Shown: positions 26,174 through 40,700, counted from the first letter of the stretch. The stretch is 64,000 nt of DNA from Trichoplax adhaerens (GCF_000150275.1 NW_002060987.1:1-64000); one strand, 5' to 3'. Made by a program: numbers and translations. Notes: generated by a model not told the origin, from the sequence alone.

Positions 26174-29100
26174 ATGGAATGGTAAGGACAATATGTCTAT
26201 TCTAGATGATCGAGGATGCTAAACATGACTCTATTATCATAGCATCACAGTACCGCAGGATAAGATGAATATCAATTAATTATACGCGTATATTATAATT
26301 GTCAACCAAGCACATCTGGCCAGGTAACACTAGCATAGAAGCAATAGACTCACAAAGTATTTGTAGCAATATCCCTATGACATGATTATGTTGTGCAGTG
26401 GAATTACTAGTACTCCTGCTAGATGGCAATACAATCTGCCACAGATTGAAGCGATACCATCGGTCAGTCTAAGTTAAATTCAAATCCATGGTACAAACAA
26501 GAAACCACAGTATTAGATTAACAATTACAATCAAGAAGAAGAAGATTAACTGAAATTCTTCCATAGCTTATAATGTGACCTTTAGCCTCAGTAGATTGTA
26601 TGCTGCAATGATAATGGAACACTTTCTTCATAAGTTCACGGTTCTTGAGATCGATTGTGTCTTGCTACTTGTCATGTTGCCTACAGTACGAGTACAGATT
26701 AATAACATGAATCAGTCATCACGTCTACAAACTTGAAACCCTCGAGTCTCCCACTAGGCGGGTTGCAAGTAGAGTGTGTATAGTACTTTCTTGCATTAAT
26801 CACTGATGTTCAGTTGATCTTTATACAAATTATACAACACGGAAATTGACTGTGATAGTAAATATCATCTGTGCAGTACATGCTAATAAATCACGTACAA
26901 CAATAACTACTGTAATAAGTGTACTATCTGTTATGTATAATTATTAAATCGTCTCTTGTGTAATTGAGTTGGTGGCGGCTCTCTTTTGTGGTATTGCGAT
27001 AAATTGCACAAGGGCTTTGTATTAACCTCACAAATGATACTACTACCATCACTTATACAGTAATTAAAGTTTTCCTTTACATTCTTCCAATTTATCGATG
27101 AGAATCCAATTTACACTCATTGCATAACTAGGTGAAGAATAAACTGATTCGTAGTTTGTGTCAAGCGTGATGATAATAATGGTAAAGCTTTGCATACTTT
27201 ACAAAGGTATTCATAAATCGGTCACACTCTTACTTCACAGTACAGCATACGTACATATAACGGAGATGGAAGCATCATTTCTACTGCTCTACACTAAACT
27301 ACTTACTTCTTTGCGATGCTAATTTAATCAAGACAACTACATCCATTTTTGCCTACAAAACATACTCTCAATGATTTATTATTGTATACGGTGGTTGATA
27401 ATTATAATTATTACATGTACAGTATATAGTACACTGTAATGATAACGAAATAGAGTTACCGATGGGTATTAGTTATCATATTGATTACAATTTCTCTTTC
27501 GTCTTATCAAGTTCGATGCAATTGAAGTTACATGCTCTTACAAAGAGACAATTTGCCTTGGTTTACCTAGCTTTCTTTTTTGGCTTTATTATCCTGATAC
27601 TAGTTGGAGTTACGGGTAAGATGTAATGGTATTATTGCAATTATAAGAATTGTTCAAAAGCATTATACGCGTACTTTATTGGAATGTAGTCTAACAAATG
27701 ATATGTATACGAACTTGGACTCGATCAAGTAGCAATCTCTAATTGTTCAATATTAGCCAATTCAGCATCACTTAATACTAACCTCCATAAATCCTTACTT
27801 TGTCGTATTACATCTACCACTATTATAAAGATCATTTGCAAAGATAATGTTATGACAACAGTCAGATCATTGAACAGTGAAGTAGTAGTAGATTAATCGA
27901 ATCATTTCTTTGAGAAGCGAATAGAATTTAGCAGTGTACCCTAAATATCACAAGCATTTCACTAACGTAAGGTCTTTCTTTATGCATACTTGAATTAATT
28001 GCGTAAAATCAGTTATTTTAGCGATATTTAATATAGGTACCTTTGCATTTCTAATGTATGCGATATAGTACAGTACAGCATAAACTACTAAACATTTAGT
28101 AGTCCATGAGTACAGGTAGCTACACTCACATGCTTTCATTATCGTCGTTCTTAAGAATTTGCTAAAGGTTACATTCTCCAAAATTGATCTTGAATCATTT
28201 ATACTATTCAATACTAACTTGTGTGCTTTACGGCTCAGCTACTAAGTACTCTGAAAGTGATCATGACTTGCTATTACGCTGTGGGCTTAAGAATAAGCTT
28301 TCGCCTTCAAGCTTATTTTTATCATCTTCTATTATTATACAGGGCCTCCAGTATTAACTCCAATTGCTGCAAACTACAGCAATTCGGTAACAAAACCTAC
28401 GCATAGTTCTCTAAATGTAAGTTAAAGGGAACAACACCAAAGAATAATGACTATCTACATGAATGAGTGAACACGATAACGCTAATATATCGATATGATT
28501 ACCTTTTGCAACTAATTAATTATTCATTGCAGCAGAAGATTTTTCTGTAGTAATCAAAAATATCCATAGCGTTACTGATTGTGGATATATTTCAGAGTGG
28601 ACCTTTTACAGTAAACACTGGAGAACACGCTTTAAATTTATTTAATCAACAACTCTGGCTATTTTGTCGCCTGAAAATCAACGAGCAATCTTCCGGTAAA
28701 GCAAGTTGATTGTGCTGTTTTATGTAAACAATGTATTTAATATGTTAAATCACTGATTTTGTATGATTTCATAAAATTTCTACTTGACTCGTTTGTTTTC
28801 TCTTTATCTATAGTACGTATCTTGGGTATAGTATTTCAAGTTAAAGCAACTGTAAAAGGTAGAAATAAAGATGGACATTACGTGATACTTTCTGACTTTA
28901 ATCGTACTCGAAAATTAGAATGCAAGGGATCGGTATGTCTATTTGCTTTGAGTATCTTTCATACGGCTTACAATCATTTTATATATATGTTAATATATAT
29001 ATATACAGTTTGAACATTTTTTTATGACATTGTATTATTTTGATAGAAATGTGAAGAATTCATGGTATTTCATGTGGGATTTCTGAACTTTGAAAAATAC

Positions 29101-31357
29101 GAAGTAATAGTACGATTTCACGGATTGGATGCAATTAATGTTACTAACGTACGCTTTGAGGTATGTTAGAAGCCTTTCATTAAGGAATACGTTATAAAAT
29201 TTTTATAAGTAACTTGCATAGAATAATGCTTACTAGCTGTACCAGCAATTAGGACTTGGATTATAATGAATGAGTTTTGAAAATGAACTTTTAAATTGAT
29301 ATATTTATTCATTAATATATTTAGTTTCAACACTACAATGTCGCCTATTCCAGAATTGAACTGTGGCTTCGATTCATATTCGCCGTTTGCTCTTTTGTCA
29401 TTGGCGTAAGTAGAGTGTATAATCTACAGTTTGAATATAAAATATCTGTATACTAATAACAAATCTTGATGATAATCTCTTTAACAGTGTGTTTTCATAT
29501 ACATCCTTCGGACATTTGGGATCCATCAGTGGACAGTTGAGCAAAAGTAAATGATTATGATATAATCCGAATTTTACTACAAATAATCCCAATTCCATAC
29601 TGTTGTTATCGTAGTAATAACAAATTTTTCATTGCTAAGACTGCCATCATATCACGCGACTTTCTCGGAATGTAGTACCACCACCTTTATAAATTATATA
29701 ATTAATGAGACTTTCTTATCTTTCAGATGGCTTTCATTTCTTCTTCCATTACTGCTACTATTCAACAGTCAGTAGAAAATGTATTTCTCCGTTTATCTTG
29801 AAAGTGATCTTTAAATTCTATTGACTCTTTTGTTATAGATCCTTTATATCCATTAAAATTCCTTGTAACCAATGCGTCTGCATACGTTATCGACGCCATT
29901 TTTGAATCAAGTTTTATTGCTGCTCTTCTATTATTTTGGTTATGCATATCTCACAGTATGAGAGAAGTATGATATTGATCGGACGGATGATTTTGATACT
30001 AACTTACATTCTTGTGTTCTAAGCTAAACTACAGTATAAGGGCTAGTTTGGATCCATTTGCTATATTAACATCTCAATACATATTAGCATTATAGCAAGA
30101 AATTCTTCACATTTTATGCGCCGAAGATATTATTAGTCGGTCTGCTATGGATTGCTGCTTTTACCTTGTCTGTATGGCAAGAGTAAGTGTGTAATGTTCA
30201 TCAATAAAATTGTGTATAAAATGACATAATAAGTGCTTCCATTTTAATAGAACTATTGAATTAAATGCTCCAATCGAACAATACACGCAATATGCCGCCA
30301 AATTTGAGGTAAGAAGTAATTACAGATACAAATGCACGCTTTTATACATCGAAGTATGAAATTATAACTTAAGCCAAATTTCTGTCTCTATGCGTAGGGT
30401 CTAAAAGTATTTCTGTACATCCTGATTGGACTGTATGTGTTGTACTTACTTTATTTGTTAGTCAGAGCATATGGAGAACTACGTAATTTAGCCTTTCATG
30501 GTAAGGAATTCGTAACTATTATAGCATATTAAATGTTATATGAGTAACTCTTTTGGTATTTCTGATGTAAGCGCCCTAAAGTTAACTTTGAGCTGTTTTT
30601 CGGTCATTTTATGGCATATGCTTTATTTCTCCTTATGTAGATGTAAAAATGAAATTCTTCACATCATCAATGCTCTTCGTGATGATTGTATGGTAATAAC
30701 AATTATTCTTTACAGCGATCGATCGATTATAATTAACTATAAGCGTAAACCCACAAATTATAAATCTTTTGGATGACATAACGCTTACCCTATGAATTTT
30801 TTATTTATTTCAAGCGTTGTTCTTTTAGTCATTCAATATGAACGATCTACCTTGCATACCAACATTTTAGCTCAGTTAATCACTCTCTATCAAAGACATA
30901 TCCTAAGAAATTGATACAAATCAGAAATTTTGTCAACTTTTAGCCAATATCGCTGCATTCCTTAACCTATTTTACATTCAGAATTCGTTATCCTGTTTGG
31001 AGTATTAAACTTTTACATTTACATGATGGCATTCGTCTATTCTCCAGCGAAATTTGCAATTGAAGGTTAGCTTTATTAATACATCGCTGTAAGATTTGTC
31101 GATAAACTAAAACTAACACGTAGTTTATACCTCTCTGATAGAGGCTATGAATAAGCGCAATGCAGTTTTTTCAGCTTTAAATGGAGAAGAGCGTGTCATT
31201 TACGGGTAAGTAACTCTTGATATCCGTTTCAATTTTAGCTTATAATTAATTGCTTAACCAATTAATTAATTTCCTTTTGAAAAATGGCAGTAGGAAGAGG
31301 AGTAAAAATCAACGATTACCGCTAGAGAGCGACGAAGATGAAGAGTTATCATCTTAA
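26174..31357 (+). CDS. TMEM181: Transmembrane protein 181 (Wntless-like multipass membrane protein), multi-exon
   Basis: Spliced exons give ME(C)SMQLKLHALTKRQFALVYL, FNQQLWL, NRTRKLEC, FHVGFLNF, YNVAYSRIELWLRF, WTVEQKWLSFLLPLLLLFN, ALLLFWLCISH, FYAPKILLVGLLW and FGVLNFYIYMMAFVYSPAK, matching TMEM181 motifs as I recall them. The 8-nt first coding exon (26174-26181) is inferred; the next in-frame ATG is at 27516. Stop TAA 31355-31357. Confidence 0.9.
30898..30975 (+). other. U12-type (minor spliceosome) AT-AC intron in TMEM181
   Basis: 5' site ATATCCT, branch point TTCCTTAAC (30958-30966), 3' AC. Removal restores the frame LYQR-H-SEFVILF. Confidence 0.88.
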
Positions 31358-32409
31358 TCTTTTATACATTAAAATGACTAGTCTGTCACTATAATTGAAT
31401 ATATTTTGTTTGCAGTGTACTTTATGTATTTAGTTCTTGATGAAAAAGTACCATCCATCGTTACTTATGTACAAATTGCATACCTGCTTCGATTATATTT
31501 ATGAATTCGACCTATTATTAGCAGTACGATAAATAGGGTTTCAGAACTGTTAAGGTAAATTGTACTTTTTGTGCTTTGTATTGATAAGCCTGACTGCAAA
31601 AACAATTGAAATGTCGCAATATCATTAATTCGATAGAAAGCTATCTAAAAAAGCCTATAAATTGAGCATAAATTGAAGCCTATAACTGTAACCCTGAAGA
31701 AATTCGAACGCATCTCTAAGAATTAAAGTAGACAGATTTATTTGTTAAGTTCAAAATTAAATTTTATAGATGATTATGGCAGTTAAGCGTAATCCCTCAC
31801 ATTACAGTCATATATTTATTATGAAGCATAGTTACCCTCATTATTTATCATTTAAATATCTTCTATGCTAATAAAATTTGCAACAATTTTGCCACGCATA
31901 AATCTGATTGCCTAATCTTGTTGCCATTAATCATGGGATTGTAATTGGTACAAAGCAGCCTTAGAAGGATGATTTGTTGTTCTTGCTATCTATCCTATGC
32001 ATACAGTACTACAGTACAATGAACAGCAATACCAATAATAATTCATAGCTTCAATTAGGTAATTGCTTATTCTATATACTTTATATTATCACGGATTAAA
32101 CTTAGAAGTTAGAATTTTAAGCTGAACGTGTCAGTATTCAGTAACAGCAGTGAATTTTCCAGCGTGTACACTGGAGAAATAATGCCGTACTCGCTGAGAC
32201 CCGCGGAAATTCCACTACTATTCGTAGCTGAAACTGGTAGGAATTCCACTGCTATACTGTAGAAAATATGCAAATCATCTACGTTAGTGTCCACCAGTAC
32301 GGGCAGTATCACATTGTGGATTGTTTAATGGAGCAATCGGTTGGTCGTCAAAACTTATTTGCTGTTGCTGGTCAAAACGTCTTTACTGTTGCTATGCTAC
32401 AGAACCTTA

Positions 32410-32525
32410 CAGTTTACAGTACTGAGTGTAGAGTTACAGTACTGTACACTGTAACTGTACAGTACAGTACTCGACTAAATACTGTACTGTATACTTAGTG
32501 TAAAGTACTGTACAGTAGTACTGTA
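32410..32525. repeat. ACAGT/ACTGT cluster upstream of RWDD1
   Basis: TACAGTACTGTA palindromic units about 270-380 bp upstream of the ATG at 32791. Confidence 0.85.
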
Positions 32526-32790
32526 CTCATGCGCGAAAGCTACCGGTGCATTAATTAACTACAGTATATTGAATAGAAGATACTGCGCCTTACAGTATTA
32601 GGCTTTAGAGCTCTTTGACTGTATCCGAAACAAACAAAAGTTTCGTGATCAGTCCATTGCTAAATATCAATTTGCGATTCTAATTCATCGCTACTAGTCA
32701 ATCTGCCAGTCTATAAGTAATACAGTGTTATAACTTAACTTATAAGAAAGATTTTTTGATAGTAGGTAAGCTTTAAAATATGCTAAGGTG

Positions 32791-34459
32791 ATGGATTTCG
32801 CCGAAGAACAGCGTAATGAAGTAGAGGCTTTGGAATCCATTTATCTGGATGATCTTCAAAGTAAGGAGCACATGTGAATGTTGAGTGATATAGTTATTGC
32901 TAATTTGGAAAGGCGAGATATACGTGTACAGTACAGTATTTACTTTCTCTGACTACTGTATGTCGTATGCTTCACCGTGGACATTTAAAGTTTTTAAAGG
33001 ATCTTTTAGTTTGTAAAGGTAGTAATTCCAATGTTGGTTAGCCAAACGCTAAAGCTGTACAATTTATTCAGCATTTTTGTTATACACTATCACAATACAG
33101 TATACTACGATGTAGTATACCATAGCACGTGAGACATTTTGCCCTTATTGCATATACTCGTACCTAGCTACTAAAACTATATTGCTTCAACAACCTTTCC
33201 AAGATGCATTTCTTGCTTTTATCTTGTTTTCCTATCAAAACGAGGTAAGATTAAATGCGCATTTCTTTCAAATTTTGCAGTAATAGAAGAAGATCCATGG
33301 TCCTTTACTATTTACGTCGAGTGTGATCAACAGGAGGATAACCCAAAATTCGAAGGTAGTACTCATTCTATTTATATTTATTTTATATTACGCTGTAAGG
33401 ACTTTCCACCACAATGTGAATAAATTGCAACTAGCACTAATTATGGTTATAATCGCTGATTCACGTGGTTTATTGACGACTTGTCTATTTAGTCAAGAAA
33501 GTTTAGATTTGCTGGTTGTTTACCTTGAGCGCGTACAAACTACAATGTTTTCTATTTTCAATATTTCGGAAATAGCATGTTCGGTACAGTTTCGCTTTAC
33601 TCTTACCCCGTGTTACCCAGAAACTCCGCCGGAGATACAAATTATTGAAAAAGATAACCTATCTGATAATGATATATCTGATATTATGGAAATAATGAAG
33701 GAACAGGTTAGCTCTCATGAATTCATTTATGTGTATCATCAACGGAGTCGCTCAGTAACCTTTCGTAACACCGTTAGGCTGATGAAAATTCAGGCATGGC
33801 CATGGTATTTACGTTACTATCAGCCGCCAAGGATAAGATGGCAGAAATTGCAGAGAATATTCTCATACAGAAAGAAGACGAAATCCAGAAGCTGAAAAGG
33901 CTTGCCGAAGAGCGTGATAAGGTATGAATTGTTATGTCAAAAGGCATCTTTAGATACAGTTTATGATCATAAAATCACAGAGTCAATTAGACGAATGATA
34001 ATTCTTTGGGTTGAGTTTATTTTGAGTACGTCTATTTCTTAGGCTATTCGGTTAGGAACTCCTGTTACAGTTGCAAACTTTTTAAAATGGAAAGCTGAAT
34101 TTGAACAAGAGCAGTCGGCTGCCAAGAAGCGCTCGAAAAATAACGATAGCACTTCTACTAAGTTAACTGGTCAATAAATGTTTCCGTAACTATTACTTTA
34201 AATTAACTCCAATTAAACTATGTGCTATTAATTATCTTGTTTCTTAGGTCGGCAATTATTCGAAAGTGATAGCTCTTTGAAAAATTCAGATGCTTCATTT
34301 ATGCAAGACGGTAGTTATTTGCAATAATGAATTTAGTCTACAGTGTCATTTTTAAATTAAACACTAACGGATTCATTTATAGGTGATGTGAGAATTGATG
34401 AATCACTGTTCGAAGATCTTGACGGTTTGGATATTGAAGAAGATATGGAAGACGACTAA
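32791..34459 (+). CDS. RWDD1: RWD domain-containing protein 1 (Gir2/DFRP2 homolog), 7 coding exons
   Basis: MDFAEEQRNEVEALESIY, YPETPP, GMAMVFTLLSAAKD, GTPVTVANFLKWKAEF, KLTGRQLFE, IDESLFEDLD. Exons approximately 32791-32860, 33281-33355, 33576-33706, 33778-33921, 34043-34169, 34248-34310, 34383-34459. Confidence 0.94.
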
Positions 34460-34766
34460 CGAATATAGTTACGTGTACAATAATAGTATCTTCGCATCAT
34501 GGCGACCAAATTTTATATAGAACTGTATCATTTATTGGCTACTATTTTATGTAAATCATGGTAAACTTTTGTTGAATAATCGGAATAATATAATATTACT
34601 TGCTGCAAAGACGCATTAATATTGCATAACAATTTATACAATTAAACCTCAAGCAGGCCATTCAATTTCATTTCGAAAAAATGTCTATTATACAGGAACT
34701 AATTATTATTGCATGCGAGTGCCTCGATATCACCTATTTCTTAGTGCTAGAAGCAATTTTAGATAT

Positions 34767-37700
34767 TCATAGCCACGTTAAAGTAAAGTTATTGGCCAAA
34801 CTCTGTTCAACATCAGTGACATTCAGTACCTGCAGATACACGTAAATGTAGTAAATATCAAAACAATTGGTTAATTTTAAAATCTTGACTAATATCCAAT
34901 GACGCCGCACTATGATCTGGATATTAACTCATTGATTTAGCATATCCTGCTCTAGCAATATTAACTTAGGCTTTAATGATTACCTTTGACGCGGAATTAA
35001 ATTGAAATGTCGTTAACGAAATGCCATTTAGGAAAATATTAGTCACTGTTTTTGACAACCCAAATATAAGGATACGACCTAACGTTGGCAACTGTCGGTA
35101 TTCAAATTTGGTAGTGATTCCGTCTAATTGTGTCTGAAATTCATAGAATTCGGCAAGGTGAGTTTGATTCAAATTACGCAAGTTTACTGCATATTCACGT
35201 GCCTACATTTGAACCTGGCATATAAACTATTCCTTATTATCATATCTAAGCTATGCTTACCCCGTTGGCCTTAAATTCCAGTAAGGAAAAATTACCGTTT
35301 CTATACGTATCTAAATTTCGAAGCAATGAATGACTCAAAGTTAAAATAGCATCTGCAACACCATAATAACTGCTGTGATTTTCTCTATCAATCATTAGGT
35401 TTCAAATAGTAATAAGAACGGCTGCATTAGCATATATTATAAGGGATGCTGCATTGTTGAGCTATCACTATGCAAGCAACCATTAAGTCTTGCTATTGTA
35501 CATAATTGTTAATTTGGCTATTACACTACAGACAATAATTAATTTATATTTTCTATTGGCATAATGATTTACAACTATACGTTCCTACTATTATGTTGGC
35601 AGAGTGAACGTAAGTGGTATAGTAATCATCACAGATCATACACGGTGCATAGAACGCTAAAATACGACACAGATGCATGCGAGTAGTTACAAACCGATAG
35701 ATATGCCGTCATCCCAAAATAAGTTTCCAGTTGCGCTGCTGTTATCGTCAAGTGCCACTATTAGTCCGAACTGATTTAATCGACTATCGGAAAAATCCGT
35801 TATTTAGAAATCTTTAATTAAAGTTTCTTAACGCACATCCTGTACTACGTAGTAACGTACTTAAATTATTATTTCACAACTATCGCTGTTACCGTTCGTT
35901 CATACCTGTATTCAGTGTTGTTTGCCGGCTCCTGGGTGGGCAATATATAGCCTCCTCTCACATGCAATGGTATATAATCGGCAGGAGCAGATAACACTAC
36001 CGTTGTACCTCGCTGGTTTGACAAAATTTCAACACCAGTCCTGTAATCATACCATCGAGCGTTTGGGAAATAAGCATGTACTGTTATGGCTCCCTGAGTG
36101 AGCACCGGTGAAATTAACAATCCTCCTCCCCACATAAATTGTTTATCAGTACTTCTACAATTAATGTCTTTAGGGAATTCCATCATTAATGGCCTCATAA
36201 CTGTGAAACCTTCCGTGTGTGCTATATGAAAGAGCGTATATAGATACGGTAGTAAGGTATATCGAATTTGGAGTACGTTAAGGGAATTTAATGCAATTGC
36301 TCCATTAAAAGCAGCTGGATCTTGATCAATGCTATGGATGCTATTATGATTCCTCGAGAAGGTATAGAATGCTCCCAATTGCATCCATCGATTGCATAAC
36401 TCAACAGAACTATCTCCAGAGAAACCACAAATGTCGGCACCAATATAAGGAATACCAAACATATTAAATTCCAAGCAACCGATTATGGAGTAAGTCATAG
36501 AAGGCCATTCAGATTTATTATCGCCCAGCCAGTGTCCACCATACCGTCCGCTACTAGGAAATGTAGATCGTGATATAACTATACTCCTTAAATTGTTGCC
36601 TAAAGCCATCCGTACTGCAGTCAGAGACGGCAAAATTTCACTATGACCATATAAGCTGTGAACATTATAATGGAGTGATTGATATTGCTTTGCATCCATA
36701 CAGATAGTTTTATCATATAGCACAGCTCCCCATAAACCTCTAGGCTTATATGGAGGATTATTATAGGCGTTATTAGGGCATCCAGCAATAGATCCTTGAA
36801 CAAAATTAGCTGGCTCATTCATATCAATCCATAAGCCATCAAATTTTAGAGATTTGTGAAAAGCGACGACTTGATTTTGCCACCAAATACTTGCGGAAGG
36901 ATTACTAAAGTCAGGGAAGACCGCATTACCGCGTGGCCAAACTTTACCGATCAAATTTTTTCCTGAACTATCATTAACAAATACATTCATCCTAATACCT
37001 TCGAAATAAGGAGGATATGTGTCATTAGTTTGATTATTACTAATTGCAGGATCCAAGATAATAATATAGTGTTGACCATGTGTATGTAACTCTTCCACAT
37101 ATTCAGGTAAACCAGCATAAGCATTTGTGTCGTACGTAAAATCTAAAGCATATCGCATATAGTCAATATCCCCATATAGTACATCTAAGGGTATATTGTA
37201 ATCCTGCATCCTTCGCATTACTTCCTTGACACGAGTAAGGCTACCGTATCCATATTTGCTAAGTTGAAAACCTAGGGACCAATAGGGTGGCATTAATGGC
37301 AATCCAATGGTTTTTGTGTAGTCTTGAGAAACTGCAGAAGGAGATTCACCGACAAATACGAATATATCGATAATACCACCAATTGATCGAAAAGTTAAAG
37401 CAGGGGCACGTGAAAGTATAAATTCCATTGCATTGCTATTGAGGAAAAGAGCTCCATTACTATGGCCCTGACTGTCTTCGATATTGAGGTAGAAGGGATG
37501 AACTCCGTATAAATTAGCATTTTCTATAGGTGGTTGATCTCTTGCAAATAAACCCCATAGTTTCCAATTAAAATCTTGGTGTTTTAATGTACGGTGTTCG
37601 TGTTCGCCTAACCCGTAAAAATCTTGCGATGCTAACCTAGTGCTTATTTCTAAAAACTGATTTTCGTAAACTAACCCACCAATTGAAGTATCAAATATTA

Positions 37701-40700
37701 CTTTTCCTGTAGATTTTCGCTTAATGGAAATTGCAAAGGGCATTGCAGTAACTGAAATATTATATAAAGTTGAAGATAAAGCCCTGGGTGACGACGTTTG
37801 ATCTGTATTTGGTAAATCGATCGGAACTTGATAACGTTCCTGGTTGGGATCGTACATTCGAATACGGATTCGCGAACTAGTTTGAGTTTGAATGTCGACA
37901 ATAAGTTGCTTTACTGCATTTTGGATGATAACTGGATTATTTTTACATCTTGTTAAATAAGCTCTAATGCCAAAATTCGTTGTGACGATAGATGCGTTAT
38001 AAGCTGCATAATTGTGAGGAAAAAAACACCACGGAGCGTTAGCATAATTACCATCATGATTTGGAACCCAACAACAGCCTCTTGCTCTGCATGAATTTTC
38101 ATTTGCACCATGTTGCGGAAAGCAATCAATTCTTTCAGCAGTTTGTACTGCTAAACATGATGATGATGATGATTCATGGCTTCCACATTGATCGCTAGGA
38201 TAAGCTGGTACTTGCTGAGGTGTTTCTTGGGTGTAATTCCAATGAATAATGAATTTTTCGTCAACAGGTATTTGTACTCCACTGATATTTAAGATTTTAA
38301 ACTCACTATCGTATGCATAATTCTCGATAATTGTTTGATTTATAATCAACTCATTTATAGAATAAGCCATGCCGTAGAAAATAATATTCTCTATTACACC
38401 TTGAATACCGTAGCCCTTATGCAATACTGTGGAAAATAATAAGTTTCCTTCAACAGTGTATCGTATTAATGTATAGTTACCAAGTTGATAAGTGCTAGCT
38501 GATTCTCCGTCATCTAGGTAAAGTTGGCCGTCAGCAGTATTATTATCATCAAGGGCAATTAATAGTGTGTAATTATTCATTCGACTGAGTAGAGTATTAT
38601 TGGAAGGTTCTTGCATAGGCAAAATTGAACCTCCTCGTACATGTAGAGGAATGACATCGGCAGGAGCCGATAAAGAAAGACTGGTTCCTGGTTGAATTAC
38701 TTCTTTTCCAGTATAAAAATCATACCATCGGGAGCTTGGAAAATAAGCATTGACCGTTGTTTTGCCTTGCTCGACAACAGGAGTAATCAATAAATTATTT
38801 CCCCAAAGAAATTGCTTATCTACTGTTCTGCATGTTTTATCCTTGGGAAAGACTACAAAAAGAGGACGCATAACCGGCACTCCGGTAGAATGAGATTCAA
38901 ACATTAACGTATACAAGTAGGGAAGTAAACGGTATCGAATAAGAAGAACTTTACGGGCATTAGCTGCAAAAGTTGCACCGAAACTAGCTGGGTCTTGTGG
39001 AATAGCAGAATCGCTGTTATGATTTCTTGCCATTACATAGAAAGAGCCTAGCTGCATCCAACGACCACATAATTCAGCATTGCTGTTACCTGAATAACCG
39101 CAAATATCAGCTCCTACATATGGAATCCCAAATAGGTTAAATTCTAAACAACTTATAATAGATGTCGACATTGCCTCCCAGGACGCGGTATTATCACCTA
39201 ACCAATGACCACTATAACGGCCACTGCCTGGAAAAGTCGATCTTGATAATATTATTCCCCTCTTAAGAGGATTAGCTTTACGAATTCCAGACGATGTTGG
39301 TAACGTTTCGCTATATCCGTAAATATTATGAACGTTATAATGTCTCGAAGTAAATTGGTAAGAATCCAAACATATTGTTCTTTGATATAAATAAGTTTCA
39401 TCGATGCTACCTGCCATTAGATACCGTATAGATTATAGAATTATTAAAAATTAGTGGTATTTAATTTAGCTAAAATTCATCGTCTTACGAGGTTTATAGG
39501 GTGGATTATTATATTGGTTAACTGGACATCCTTGTGTGGAACCATCAATAAAATTTGCCGGTTCATTTTTATTCTATATCGTTAGAACAATAATGTAAAA
39601 GTCATTAGGCCTTACATAAAATCTCTAATTATCGTCTTAGATACTGCAAAACTTGAACTGTATTTCTTACAATCCAGATTCCATCAAATTTAATAACTTG
39701 ATGAAACTGCTGAATTTTGTTTATCCACCATTCTTGTGTAGCAGGATTCATAAAATCTAAAAATACTGAATCTCCTATAGCGAGGGCCTTTTCAGACATT
39801 AGCATGCAGGTAAGAATGGAATAGTCACTGGCGAATTCTACTTCATTTTTGAAAATATTTATATGGCGTATTATAACAATCTCTTACCTTGCCAATTAAT
39901 GGTTTATTACTGCTGCTAGAATTAATAAATAAATTTTGTGCTAGCCCTTCGTTGTATATAGTATAATTAGATATCGACTGATTATTGCTTATGGCTGGAT
40001 CCTAAATAAAACAAAATTATATAAAGACAAATCTATGGTAAGCTTTTATCGAAAATTTATGGTATAGGTAAACGAAATTTTAATTTTGTATTAAAAATAA
40101 CTGTTTTGGACAATTTTATTCTAGTCGAACTACAAGCTCCTACCAAGGTAATCAAATAATGTATTCCCATTTCATGTAGCTTGTTAACGTAATTGGGCAA
40201 GCCTGCATACGTATTTTCATTATAGGTAAAATCCAAATTTGCTCGCATATAGTCAATATCACTTAAGATTACGTCCTATATTATATTTGGTAAAATAATA
40301 ATGTAATTATTTTATCTCATTTCTGTATTGTTTATATTTCAGGCTACATACCACTGGAATATTGAAATTGCGATTGTTTTCTAATACATCTTTAATTTGC
40401 TGCAAGTTCTTATATCCATATCGACTTAATTGAAAACCAAGAGACCAATAAGGAGGTAGAAGTGGCAATCCAATTGTCTGTTGGGAAAATGAGTAAGACT
40501 GCTAAGCGTGACAGTACGGCTGAATTTGGCACAATAATGTTGCATACGAATTGAACGTTTACAGCCAAGAGTCAGAAGAAAGAGCCATTCTATTAACATT
40601 ACGGACTTTCTTTGAATAATACTTAAAGTATCTGCATGAACTGAAACTACTAATCATCTCTAGTACGCGATCCTCAATTAATGCTAATGTGTGCGTTCAA

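Noticed and set aside
26731-26770. Hairpin ACTTGAAACCC...GGGTTGCAAGT in TMEM181 intron 1 as an H/ACA snoRNA
   Set aside because: No convincing H box or second hairpin with ACA spacing; stem too short to support a call.
35869-39417. 1182-aa ORF as a standalone gene
   Set aside because: It is an internal exon (35906-39410) of the larger GH31 gene, with splice sites at both ends.
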